Source of the DNA: Archangiaceae bacterium
Lineage (GTDB): Bacteria; Myxococcota; Myxococcia; Myxococcales; Myxococcaceae
Direction: 5' to 3'
DNA: 18,753 bases
Assembly: GCA_043750125.1 (NCBI GenBank)
Contig: JAYVCD010000040.1
Coordinates: 1 to 18,753 of the forward strand
In this document: positions 1 to 8,530 of the stretch, piece after piece
Layout: each line of letters opens with the position of its first letter
Position numbering within the stretch: position 1 is the first letter of the stretch
The notes under the pieces: model-generated
The model's input: the letters and a program-made list of their open reading frames with translations, nothing else
The model's database searches: none
Told to the model about the DNA's origin: nothing
Position numbers and translations under genes: made by a program

Positions 1-1573
1 CGCCGACCTTGAAGTTGTTGCCGTTCGCGCCGCCGACGTTGTCGATCTTCACCGACACCCGCGCCGCCTGGTTGAAGTAGCCGATGCGCGTCGGAGCCGC
101 GGTGATCGGGTCGATGAAATCCGTGGCGGTGTTGACGAGGTCCGCCTGCTTCATCGTGACCTTCCCGATCGAGACGAAGGTGTTGTTGGTCTCGTTCGCC
201 TCGATCATTGCGTTCGCGGGGTCGATCTGGAGGATGTAGAAAAAGTCGCCGACCGGAACGTTGCCCGGGACGTTGAACGACAGGTTTTCATCGACCGTCT
301 GGCCGCCGCTGATCGCCTTGGTTCCCGAGTAGAGGACGAAGTCGGTCGTGCCCGCGATGTTGTCCGTCGACAGCAGCACCCGATACGCCACGGTGCCGGC
401 GCTGGACGTGCCCTGGTTGAACCACTTCGCGTTGACGACCACCGGGTTGCCGGGGCCGCTGTTCGCCGGGCCCGAGACTCCGGTGGCCACGAGATCGAGC
501 CCGTTGACGAAGTAGTTGCTGGTGCTGCCGACGTTGTTGTTCTCGGAAGCCTCGACCACCGTGTTGGTGTTGTCCGCGTCGACAATCACGTAGTACTGGC
601 CGGGAGGGGGCGCGACCGTGGTCGTGGCCGAGCCAGTTGCCGTCACCGTCGCTCCGGCCGTGCCTGCGCCCGTCAACGTGATCGAGGGCGCTGCGGTGTG
701 AACGAGGATGTCGCCTGCGCCCAGATTCCTGTCGAGCGACAGGTACGTCTTCCAGCCGAACGCCGGGCTTGCGGGGTTCTGCCCGTAGTTCTGGAAGGTC
801 GGCGAGACGGTGAAGCTGATGTTCCCGTCGCCGGCCACCACCAGGTTGGCGATGTTCACCGTCGCAACCGCAATGTCGGGCTGAACCGGCTGACCGATGG
901 TGTACAGCGTGTTGGTCGGCCAGTTGGTGCTGCCGCAGTTGGCGCCCGTTCCCGAGCAGCCGATGTGGTTGCCACCCAACGAGCCCGTCGCATTCTCCCA
1001 ACCGGCGCTCGCCATGCTGAAGGTCGAAGTGCTGGTGTAGGTCCCGTAGTGAATCTGGAACAAACCCGAGGCGGTCAAAATCACCTTGAAGCTGAACGAG
1101 CAGTCTCCGCCGTAGCAGGCCCAGTTTTTGTATTCGATTTCCATCTGCCCGGCCGACGTCTTGTAATTGAGCTCACCAACCACGCCCCCCGTGGGCGTGC
1201 CTTCGAGATCTCGCCACCACGGCGCGATCACGTTGTGGGGAGTCCTGGTGATGCTGGGAATCGCTCCGCCAACGTAACAGACGTAGCCCACGTCGCAGGT
1301 GGTGGCCGAGCCGAACATCAGAAAGCCGTTCGTATCGATGTGCACCGAGGTGTAGTTCTGCCCGTAATACGGAAAGGTGAACCCCAACGGGACGTTGGCG
1401 AACCCTTCGTCGTCGACGGTGAAGCTGCTTCGAGCAACCAGCGGGACCGGCGTGCCTCCGGTCATCGGGGTGTACGCCAGGGCCTGACTTTGGACCGTGT
1501 AGATCTGAGCGGACGCGAGGCTCGCGGCAAAAAATACACAGACAGCAAACAGCTTTGAGATCGAAGGCTTCAT
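1..1573 (-). CDS. Secreted surface protein with N-terminal NIDO-like domain and tandem CARDB (Ig-like) repeats; 3' end runs off the window
   Basis: Manual translation from ATG at 1573 is open for 524 codons to the edge. It begins with a signal peptide (MKPSISKLFAVCVFFAASLASA/Q). NIDO-like motifs are LGFTFPYYGQNYTSVHIDTNGFLMFG and IAPWWRDL. CARDB-like ends are YYVIVDADNTNTVVEASENNN and YILQIDPANAMIEANETNN, and a third repeat begins at ADLV. The ORF track lacks it because no stop lies in the window. Confidence 0.85.
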   Translation of the reverse strand, partial: MKPSISKLFAVCVFFAASLASAQIYTVQSQALAYTPMTGGTPVPLVARSSFTVDDEGFANVPLGFTFPYYGQNYTSVHIDTNGFLMFGSATTCDVGYVCYVGGAIPSITRTPHNVIAPWWRDLEGTPTGGVVGELNYKTSAGQMEIEYKNWACYGGDCSFSFKVILTASGLFQIHYGTYTSTSTFSMASAGWENATGSLGGNHIGCSGTGANCGSTNWPTNTLYTIGQPVQPDIAVATVNIANLVVAGDGNISFTVSPTFQNYGQNPASPAFGWKTYLSLDRNLGAGDILVHTAAPSITLTGAGTAGATVTATGSATTTVAPPPGQYYVIVDADNTNTVVEASENNNVGSTSNYFVNGLDLVATGVSGPANSGPGNPVVVNAKWFNQGTSSAGTVAYRVLLSTDNIAGTTDFVLYSGTKAISGGQTVDENLSFNVPGNVPVGDFFYILQIDPANAMIEANETNNTFVSIGKVTMKQADLVNTATDFIDPITAAPTRIGYFNQAARVSVKIDNVGGANGNNFKVG

Positions 1574-1602
1574 GTTTTTGGGTTTCCGAGCGGTGACGCT
1601 GG

Positions 1603-4600
1603 CTACGGGATGCAGGCGACGAAATAGGTGATCGTGAGCGTCTTGCCGGGCTCAGGAACGAAGAGGGGCTCGAAGTTCACCGAGTTGCCGGTCGAGTCGT
1701 AGGTCCAGACCTGGGCGCCGCGGCTGTCGACCGGGTCCAACTGAACCCCGTCGATCTTCACGATCACGGTCTTGCCCGCGGTGAGGTCCGGGGTCGAGGT
1801 GAGGAAGAAGTTGGTGCGGTACCCGAAGGCACGCTTGCCAATCTGCTCGAGCGCCTTGCTCCAATCGGGAGTGCAGATCTCTTCTTTCACGCCCGCGGTG
1901 GCGGTCACGGCGGCCAGTGAGCGGGGGCCCGATGAGCCGTCGTACGTGCAGCCGGTAGGAGGAGAAGCCAGAAAAGGTCCGACCGCGTTGAAGCTGAACT
2001 GGGTCGCCTGCTGCGCGCCTTTGATGTTCAGCAGTTGATTGACGTAAAAGCTGACCGGGAGCGGAGATTGGTCGTCGGCGTCCGAGACGGTCACCACGGC
2101 CAGCACGGCGTCCGAGCGCAGCAGCCCGGCATTCTCGTTGGTGATCACCGGAGCCGTCAGCGCCATCGTCGCAGGCAGCAGCGACATTTCAGTCCCACTG
2201 CCATTGGTTCCGAGGTTCACCTTGGCCTTGAATTTGTTCTCCACGTCGGGAGTGGTGGGCTTGAGCACCTTGGGGTTCGAAGCGTCTCCAAAGATCTTTC
2301 CGTTGTCGCCCGAGTCGGTCGAGGTGACGCCGATCTGGTAGTCGACCTGGGCGGTGGTCGCGTACTTGATGAAGCTTCCGAAGTTGACCGACAGCGCCAT
2401 CTGCTTGTCGAACATCGACCCCGAGTTGTCGATCACGATCAAGATGTCTGCCTTCGGCTTGCTGTCCTGCTTGAAGGTGTCTGCGTTCAGCCCCATCGTG
2501 TCGCCATTGCCGGTCAGCGTGATGATGTAGTCGACGATGTTTCCGTTCTGGGTGACCTTGATCAGGAACGCGCCGTTGTCGGTGCCGTAGTTGATCGGGT
2601 GGTACTTCATGCTGAAGGTCACCGGGGTCACTCCGGCGTTGATGTTGGTCATCGGAGCGATGCCCGCCGTATTGACCGCGATGAACTCCGGGCACGCACT
2701 CGTTCCGGGGCAGTGCGGCTCACCGGCCTTCTCGCCCGCGGGTGACACCATCGAGAAGCTCTCGATTTTCACCGCCGACTGGCACGTGTTGTAGATGGTG
2801 AAGGTCCGGGTCGCGCTGCTGCAGTCCTTCTGCACGGTGCCGAAGTTCAAGTCGTCGGGCGAGATGGTCAAGCAGCTGGCGGCGACCGTCGCGTTCAACG
2901 AGACAAGTCCTTCGGGCTTGATCGGGTTGCTGATGCTGAAGGAGACCTGGCCCGTCACGTTGGTGACAGTCGGAGGCACGGTGCCCTGCGGCCAGGCGCG
3001 AACCGGAACGGTGAGACTGGCCCCGGGTTGAAGCTCCTTGTCGAACAGCGGGCCCGCGGGCAGCGAGAAGATGACGTTGGTCGGCGCCTTGAGGTCGAGG
3101 TTCGAAATCAGGCACAGGTCGGTCGCGTTCTGGCCCTTGTTCCGAATGGTGAACGAGAGGTCCTTGTAGTCGGGAGGCGTGACCAGGCCGAAGTTCAAGT
3201 TCAGCGGCGTGACTTCGTAATCGCACGGAGGAAGCACGATCGCTTCGGCGTGAATCGCGACGACGAAGGTGGCCTCGTCCGGGTCGTCGGAAGAAATGAC
3301 GACTTCCCAATCTTTGGCGCCCAGCGTCGCAGGGGTGACGCGCACCGGGACATCGAGCAGCGCTTTGGTGCCCGAGGCCTCGAGCCCCGCGATCGGGTCA
3401 TACGAGCCCGCGGTGGGCAGGTTGCTGCACGTCCCGTTGGCGAGAACTTCGCCGACGCACAGCTCGCCGACGGTCGCGGTGTTGCCCACCACTCCGGCCT
3501 TGACCCGCACTTCCCAGTAGACGGTGCCAGTGCCCATCGCGCCGAGGTGAAGGTTGGCCTTCGCATCGGGAGGCGTGGGCCGGGTGCCGACGTTCTGAAT
3601 CGTCATTTTCCGGTTCGCGTAGCTGGCCGCGCCCGCGAAATAGGCGACCCGGCCAAAGTTCAGGCTCGGGGGCTTCACGTCGATGTCCGGCCCTCCGCCG
3701 TAGCCCTTGAGCGCAGCGATTCCGCTGGGCTGCTTCGAGAGGTTGGTGGTGAAATCGAGCCGGCCATTGCGGGGCCCCAGCAGGGTCGGCTTGAACGTCA
3801 GACCCACTTTGGTGAGGCCCGGAGTCAGAATTGAGCTCGCGTCGCGCTTGGCGGCGGGAACCATGATCGGCGCCGGGGTCAGCACCTTGAAGTCCCCAGT
3901 CGAGGGGGTAACTCCAGCCAGTGCGACTTCCTTCAGGCCCATGTTGCTGAAAGTCAGGTCCTTGCCGACGAGCAGGCCCGGGGTGACGTACCCGAAGTTG
4001 GTCGGGTCACCCGCGCAGACTCCAGCCACGCACTTGATCGCAGTACTCGAGCAGTCCTGGTCGACGGTGCAGGCGGGACCCCACGCCAGAACAGAGTCGA
4101 CGCCCGCGCCGATCAATTTCACGACCTTGTCCGGGCAACCATCGAGGCGGCGCATGTTGACGCTGGCCAGGTACTCTTTGACCTCGGTGGGGGCGAAGGT
4201 GATCGTGACCGTCTTCTGTTGACCGGGCTTGAGACTCACGTCGCCCTTGGGCGAATCGGGAGTGAAGGTGAAGGCCTGGTGGTCGCCTGAGTTGCTGGTG
4301 ACATCGCCGATGAACGCGACGGCGTCGATCGGGCGGGTGTTCTTGATTTGAGTGGCGATGTCGAAGGTGTCGCCCTTCGAGACGGCGCCGAAGTCCAGGA
4401 TTCCGGGCAGCTCGCATTCGCCCGAAACCGAGGTCCCCTTGAGGGTCACCGACCCGGTGTTCGCCCCTACTTCGGTGTTGCTCGCGCGCAGAATGAGCTT
4501 GGTCTCGTGCGGGACCACCGGGCGGGTGTCATCGCGCGGGGAATCAAAGGTGACCGTGTATTCGGCGACATCGGCTGACTTCAGCTCGCGACCTTCGAAG

Positions 4601-4923
4601 TCGACGAGGAAGACAGGTTTCAGGTCACCCACCCCGGCAATCACGACCGCGTCGCCACTGTCCTTCTCGAGCTTGTCGAGGAACAGAGATCCGCGACCGT
4701 TGTTCTTGATGGTCAGTTTGAGGGTGGTCTTCTTTTCCATCGGAACCTGACCAAAGTCGTAGGTGGCCGAGGTGCCCGTCTTGCTCATCGTCCCTTCGAG
4801 GTAGACGATCGCGATCTCACCGCGAACAGCGGGAGGTGCTTTGCGCCCACAATTGCAGCCGCTGACGGCCAATGAAATAGACGCCAGCAACAACGCAGTG
4901 CGCATCACAGACGGCTTGAACAT
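1603..4923 (-). CDS. Large lipoprotein with six Ig-like (ASH/choice-of-anchor D) repeats and a C-terminal vWA domain, paralog 1 (1106 aa)
   Basis: Start reassigned to ATG 4923 (AAGGA just upstream). Lipobox LAVSG/C. Repeat openers YDFGQV, LDFGAV, TNFGYV, LNFGRV, LNFGLV, LNFGTV. MIDAS motif DILIVIDNSGS (DNSGS at 2416-2430), plus GVTSTD and VSDADD. Confidence 0.85.
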   Translation of the reverse strand: MFKPSVMRTALLLASISLAVSGCNCGRKAPPAVRGEIAIVYLEGTMSKTGTSATYDFGQVPMEKKTTLKLTIKNNGRGSLFLDKLEKDSGDAVVIAGVGDLKPVFLVDFEGRELKSADVAEYTVTFDSPRDDTRPVVPHETKLILRASNTEVGANTGSVTLKGTSVSGECELPGILDFGAVSKGDTFDIATQIKNTRPIDAVAFIGDVTSNSGDHQAFTFTPDSPKGDVSLKPGQQKTVTITFAPTEVKEYLASVNMRRLDGCPDKVVKLIGAGVDSVLAWGPACTVDQDCSSTAIKCVAGVCAGDPTNFGYVTPGLLVGKDLTFSNMGLKEVALAGVTPSTGDFKVLTPAPIMVPAAKRDASSILTPGLTKVGLTFKPTLLGPRNGRLDFTTNLSKQPSGIAALKGYGGGPDIDVKPPSLNFGRVAYFAGAASYANRKMTIQNVGTRPTPPDAKANLHLGAMGTGTVYWEVRVKAGVVGNTATVGELCVGEVLANGTCSNLPTAGSYDPIAGLEASGTKALLDVPVRVTPATLGAKDWEVVISSDDPDEATFVVAIHAEAIVLPPCDYEVTPLNLNFGLVTPPDYKDLSFTIRNKGQNATDLCLISNLDLKAPTNVIFSLPAGPLFDKELQPGASLTVPVRAWPQGTVPPTVTNVTGQVSFSISNPIKPEGLVSLNATVAASCLTISPDDLNFGTVQKDCSSATRTFTIYNTCQSAVKIESFSMVSPAGEKAGEPHCPGTSACPEFIAVNTAGIAPMTNINAGVTPVTFSMKYHPINYGTDNGAFLIKVTQNGNIVDYIITLTGNGDTMGLNADTFKQDSKPKADILIVIDNSGSMFDKQMALSVNFGSFIKYATTAQVDYQIGVTSTDSGDNGKIFGDASNPKVLKPTTPDVENKFKAKVNLGTNGSGTEMSLLPATMALTAPVITNENAGLLRSDAVLAVVTVSDADDQSPLPVSFYVNQLLNIKGAQQATQFSFNAVGPFLASPPTGCTYDGSSGPRSLAAVTATAGVKEEICTPDWSKALEQIGKRAFGYRTNFFLTSTPDLTAGKTVIVKIDGVQLDPVDSRGAQVWTYDSTGNSVNFEPLFVPEPGKTLTITYFVACIP

Positions 4924-4978
4924 GGTGTTCCTTGACCTTCGAAAAACCCGTCGGCCGGCGGGCTTTAAAAAACGCGGC

Positions 4979-5007
4979 AATGTGCCCAACCGGACACTTC
5001 CGGTCAA
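4979..5007 (-). promoter_or_regulatory. Putative sigma70-type promoter of paralog 1 (TTGACC-17 nt-CACATT)
   Basis: -35-like TTGACC at 5007-5002 and -10-like CACATT at 4984-4979. The surrounding motif recurs upstream of paralog 2. Confidence 0.45.
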
Positions 5008-5138
5008 GCACCCACCCCGCCTTACTGCTTCCTACACTGAAGGGTTTGTCGAACCCAGGGCCTTCACAGTTGCTGGCGATGATCCGGCCCTGATGTCAAC
5101 GGTTTGAAATGCCTACAGCCTGTAAATGCCTCTGGTGA

Positions 5139-8100
5139 TCAGGGGATACAGGCGACGAAGTACGTGATCGTGAGCGTCTTGCCCGGCTCAGGCACGAAGA
5201 GCGGCTCGAAGTTCACCGAGTTGTTCGTCGAGTCGAAGGTCCACACCTGGGCCCCGCGAATGTCGACCGGGTCCAGCTGAATGCCGTCGATTTTCACGAC
5301 GATCGTCTTTCCCGCGGTGAGGTCCGCAGATGCGGTGAGGAAGAAGTTGGTCCGGTAGCCAAACGCGTTCTTGCCAATCTGCTCGAGCGCTTTGCTCCAA
5401 TCGGGGGTGCAGATTTCTTCCTTCACGCCCGCAGTCGCCGTGACCGCGGCCAGCATGCGGGGCGCTCCGCCGGCGCCGTCGTAGCTGCATCCAGACGGAG
5501 GCGAAGGCAGGTACGGGCCGACGGCGTTGAAGCTGAACTGGCTGGCGCGCTGGCTGCCTTTGATGTTCAGCAACTGGTTGACGTAGAAGGACACCGGCTG
5601 CACCGATTGGTCGTCGGCATCGGTGATGACGACCACCGCCAGCACCGCATCGGTTCGAAGCAGACCGGCATTTTCGGCGGTGATGATCGGCGCGGTCAGG
5701 CCGGCGACGGCGGGCCCGAGGTTCTCTTCGGTGCCACTGCCGTTGATTCCCAGGTTCACCTTCTGCTTGAACTTATTCTCAACGTCCGGAGTGGTCGGCC
5801 TGAGCACCTTCGGGTTGCTCGCGTCACCGACGATCCGACCGCCTTCGACGCCCATGTCGGTGGTGGTCACGCCAATCTGGTAGTCGACCTGGGCTGAGAT
5901 CGCGTACTTGATGAAGCCTCCGAAGTTGACGGACAGCGACATCTGCTTGTCGGACATCGAGCAGCTGTTGTCGATCACCAGCAGAATGTCGGCCTTCGGC
6001 TTGGTGTCCTGCTTGAAGGTGTCGGTGTTCAGACCCATCGTGTCGCCGTTGCCGGTGAGGGTCACGATGTAGTCGACGACCTGAGCGTTCTGAGTGACCT
6101 TGAGCAGGAAGGCGCCGGTGTCCGGGCCGTAGTTGATCGGGTGGTACTTCATGCTGAAGGTGACCGGAGTCGCACCCGGCAAGATCGACGTCGTCGGAGC
6201 AATTCCGGCAGTGTTCACCGCGATGAATTCCGGGCAGTCGGTGGTGCCGGGACAATTGGTCGAGCCGGCCTTCTCGCCTGCCGGAGAAACCATCGAGAAG
6301 CTCTCGACCTTCACGGGCGTCTGGCACGTGTTGTAGATGGTGAAGGTGCGGGTCGCGCTGCTGCAGTCCTTCTGGACGGTGCCGAAGTTCAGATCGTGGG
6401 GCGAGATGGTGAGGCAGCTGGCGGCGATCGCTGCATTCAGCGAGATGTTTCCTTCAGGCTTGGTGGGGTTGCTGATGCTGAAGGTCACCGTTCCGGTCAC
6501 GTTGGTGACGGAAACCGGGACGACGCCTTGCGGCCAGGCGCGGGCGGCGACGGTGAGGGTGGCTCCCGGCTGGAGTTCCTTGTCGACCAACGGGCCCGCG
6601 GGCAACGAGAAGATCACGTCGCTGCCGGCCTTGATGTCGAGGTTCGAAATCAGACAGAGGTCGCCGGCGTTCTGCCCCTTGTTCTTGATGTTGAACGAGA
6701 GGTCTTTGTAGTCGGGAGGCGTGACCAGCCCGAAGTTCAAGGTCAGCGGCGTGACTTCGTAGTCGCAGGGAGGAAGGACGACGGACTCGGCGTGAATCGT
6801 GACGACGAAGTCGGGCTCGTCGGGATCATTGGTGTGGATCACGACTTCCCATTCCTTCAGCCCACCGGCCATCGCATCGACTGGAGTGACGCGCACCGGA
6901 ACATCGAGCAGCGCCTTGATTCCGTTGGCCTCGATGCCGAACGTGGGGTCGTAGGAAGCAGCCGAGGGTCGGTTGGTGCAGGCGCCATTGATGATTTCGC
7001 CCACGCACAGCTCGCTCAGCTGGGCGGTGTTTCCGACCACGCCCGCCTTCACCCGAACGTCCCAATAGACGACGCCCGTGCCCCCGGCGCCCAGCAACAG
7101 GTTTGCCTTGGGGTCCGCGGGGGTCGGCTTGGTGCCGACGTTCTGAATCGTCATCTTCCGATTGACGTACGCGGCCGGGTTGGCGCCGGCGAAGAATGCG
7201 ACCCGACCGAAGTTCAGCGTCGAGGGCTTCACGTCGATGTCCGGCCCTCCGCCGTACCCTTTGAGGGCAGCGATGCCACTGGGCTGCTTGATGAGGTTGG
7301 TCGCAAAGTCGAGCCGGCCATTGCGGGGCCCAAGCAAAGTCGGCTTGAAGGTCAACGACGCCTTGACCAGCCCGGGCGCAAGCCCCATCGCGGCATCGCG
7401 GGTGGCCGGCGGAACCATGATCGGAGCCGGGGTGAGGACCTTGAAGTCGCCGGTCGAAGGCAACACGTTGGTCAAGATCACCTCTTTGAGTCCCAGGTTG
7501 CTGAAGGTCAGGTCCTTGCCGACGAGCAGGCCCGGAGTGACGTACCCGAAGTTGATCGGCTCGCCACTGCAGACCCCCGCCACGCAGCCGGCGCCGCTGG
7601 CGCAATCGGTAGGAAGCGTACAGGCGGGACCCCAGGTCAACACGCTGTCGACCCCCGAGCCGATCAGCTTCACGACCTTGTCCGGGCAGCCATCGAGCCG
7701 GCGCATGGTCACGCTCGCGACGTAGCTTTTGATTTCGGTGGGAGAGAAGTTGATCGTGACCGTCTTTTCCTGATTGGGCTTCAGCGTCACTTCGCCCTTG
7801 GGCGAGTCAGGCGAGAAGGTGAACGCCTTGTCGTCCCCCGAGTTGCTGGTGATTTCCCCGACGAAGGACAGGGCGTCGATCGGTCGGGTGTTCTTCATCT
7901 TCACCGACAGGGGGAAGGAATCGCCGCGCGAGACGGCTCCGAAGTCGAGGGGGGAAGGCAGCTCGCATTCGCCCGAGACACTGATTCCCTTGACCGTAAT
8001 CTCAGAGGTCTCTTTGCCCACTTCGGTGTTGCTGGCGCGGAGGATCAGCTTCGACTCGTGAGGAGCGGTCGTCTTCTCTTCAGTCGGAGAATCGAACGAG

Positions 8101-8471
8101 AGATCGAATTCCACCGCTTCGCCCGAGCCGATTTCCTGGGTCTTGAATGCAGAAATGAACACCGGAATCGGGTCGCCGGCCTCACCGATCTTCACCGCGT
8201 CGCCGCTGACCTTCTCGAGCTTGTCAAGGAAGAGCGCGCCACCTCCGGTGTTCTTGATCACCAGCTTGGTGGTGACCTTCTTCCCCATCGGGATCTGGCC
8301 GAAATCGTAGGTGGCCGCGGACGTGGTCGTCACCGGCGCGCCGTCGATGATCGCCACGATCGAGATTTCGCCCTTTCGAACGCTGACCGGCGGGGGGTTG
8401 CAGCGGCACCCGGAAATGGCGAGGGCTGCAGTGGCGAACACCAACAGCGCGCGGGACGAAGCTCGGGGCAT
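5139..8471 (-). CDS. Large lipoprotein with six Ig-like (ASH/choice-of-anchor D) repeats and a C-terminal vWA domain, paralog 2 (1110 aa)
   Basis: Start reassigned to ATG 8471 (GAGG upstream). Lipobox LAISG/C. Colinear with paralog 1 along its whole length. MIDAS motif DILLVIDNSCS (DNSCS at 5958-5972). Identical C-terminus NSVNFEPLFVPEPGKTLTITYFVACIP. Confidence 0.85.
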   Translation of the reverse strand: MPRASSRALLVFATAALAISGCRCNPPPVSVRKGEISIVAIIDGAPVTTTSAATYDFGQIPMGKKVTTKLVIKNTGGGALFLDKLEKVSGDAVKIGEAGDPIPVFISAFKTQEIGSGEAVEFDLSFDSPTEEKTTAPHESKLILRASNTEVGKETSEITVKGISVSGECELPSPLDFGAVSRGDSFPLSVKMKNTRPIDALSFVGEITSNSGDDKAFTFSPDSPKGEVTLKPNQEKTVTINFSPTEIKSYVASVTMRRLDGCPDKVVKLIGSGVDSVLTWGPACTLPTDCASGAGCVAGVCSGEPINFGYVTPGLLVGKDLTFSNLGLKEVILTNVLPSTGDFKVLTPAPIMVPPATRDAAMGLAPGLVKASLTFKPTLLGPRNGRLDFATNLIKQPSGIAALKGYGGGPDIDVKPSTLNFGRVAFFAGANPAAYVNRKMTIQNVGTKPTPADPKANLLLGAGGTGVVYWDVRVKAGVVGNTAQLSELCVGEIINGACTNRPSAASYDPTFGIEANGIKALLDVPVRVTPVDAMAGGLKEWEVVIHTNDPDEPDFVVTIHAESVVLPPCDYEVTPLTLNFGLVTPPDYKDLSFNIKNKGQNAGDLCLISNLDIKAGSDVIFSLPAGPLVDKELQPGATLTVAARAWPQGVVPVSVTNVTGTVTFSISNPTKPEGNISLNAAIAASCLTISPHDLNFGTVQKDCSSATRTFTIYNTCQTPVKVESFSMVSPAGEKAGSTNCPGTTDCPEFIAVNTAGIAPTTSILPGATPVTFSMKYHPINYGPDTGAFLLKVTQNAQVVDYIVTLTGNGDTMGLNTDTFKQDTKPKADILLVIDNSCSMSDKQMSLSVNFGGFIKYAISAQVDYQIGVTTTDMGVEGGRIVGDASNPKVLRPTTPDVENKFKQKVNLGINGSGTEENLGPAVAGLTAPIITAENAGLLRTDAVLAVVVITDADDQSVQPVSFYVNQLLNIKGSQRASQFSFNAVGPYLPSPPSGCSYDGAGGAPRMLAAVTATAGVKEEICTPDWSKALEQIGKNAFGYRTNFFLTASADLTAGKTIVVKIDGIQLDPVDIRGAQVWTFDSTNNSVNFEPLFVPEPGKTLTITYFVACIP

Positions 8472-8500
8472 GAAAACCTCAAAAGGTAAAAAGTCGCGGC

Positions 8501-8530
8501 ATGGTGCCGAGTCAGACCGGGTGGGGGCAA
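8501..8530 (-). promoter_or_regulatory. Putative sigma70-type promoter of paralog 2 (TTGCCC-18 nt-CACCAT)
   Basis: TTGCCC at 8530-8525 and CACCAT at 8506-8501, followed by GCCGCG and a T-run as upstream of paralog 1. Confidence 0.4.

Noticed and set aside
4973-4988. GGCAC...TTGC read as a sigma54 promoter
   Set aside because: The spacing between GGCAC and TTGC is too short for the -24/-12 consensus.
5038-5066. Stem-loop containing GGGTTCGA on the minus strand, resembling a tRNA T-arm or a riboswitch
   Set aside because: No cloverleaf, anticodon arm or recognisable aptamer consensus. An Infernal/Rfam search would be needed to revisit it.
6141-8489. 782-aa plus-strand ORF and other long antisense ORFs (698-1558, 2035-2745, 3028-3834, 8602-9588, 12627-13670, 15604-16785)
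   Set aside because: These are antisense shadows of real genes, expected in high-GC DNA, and carry no recognisable motifs.
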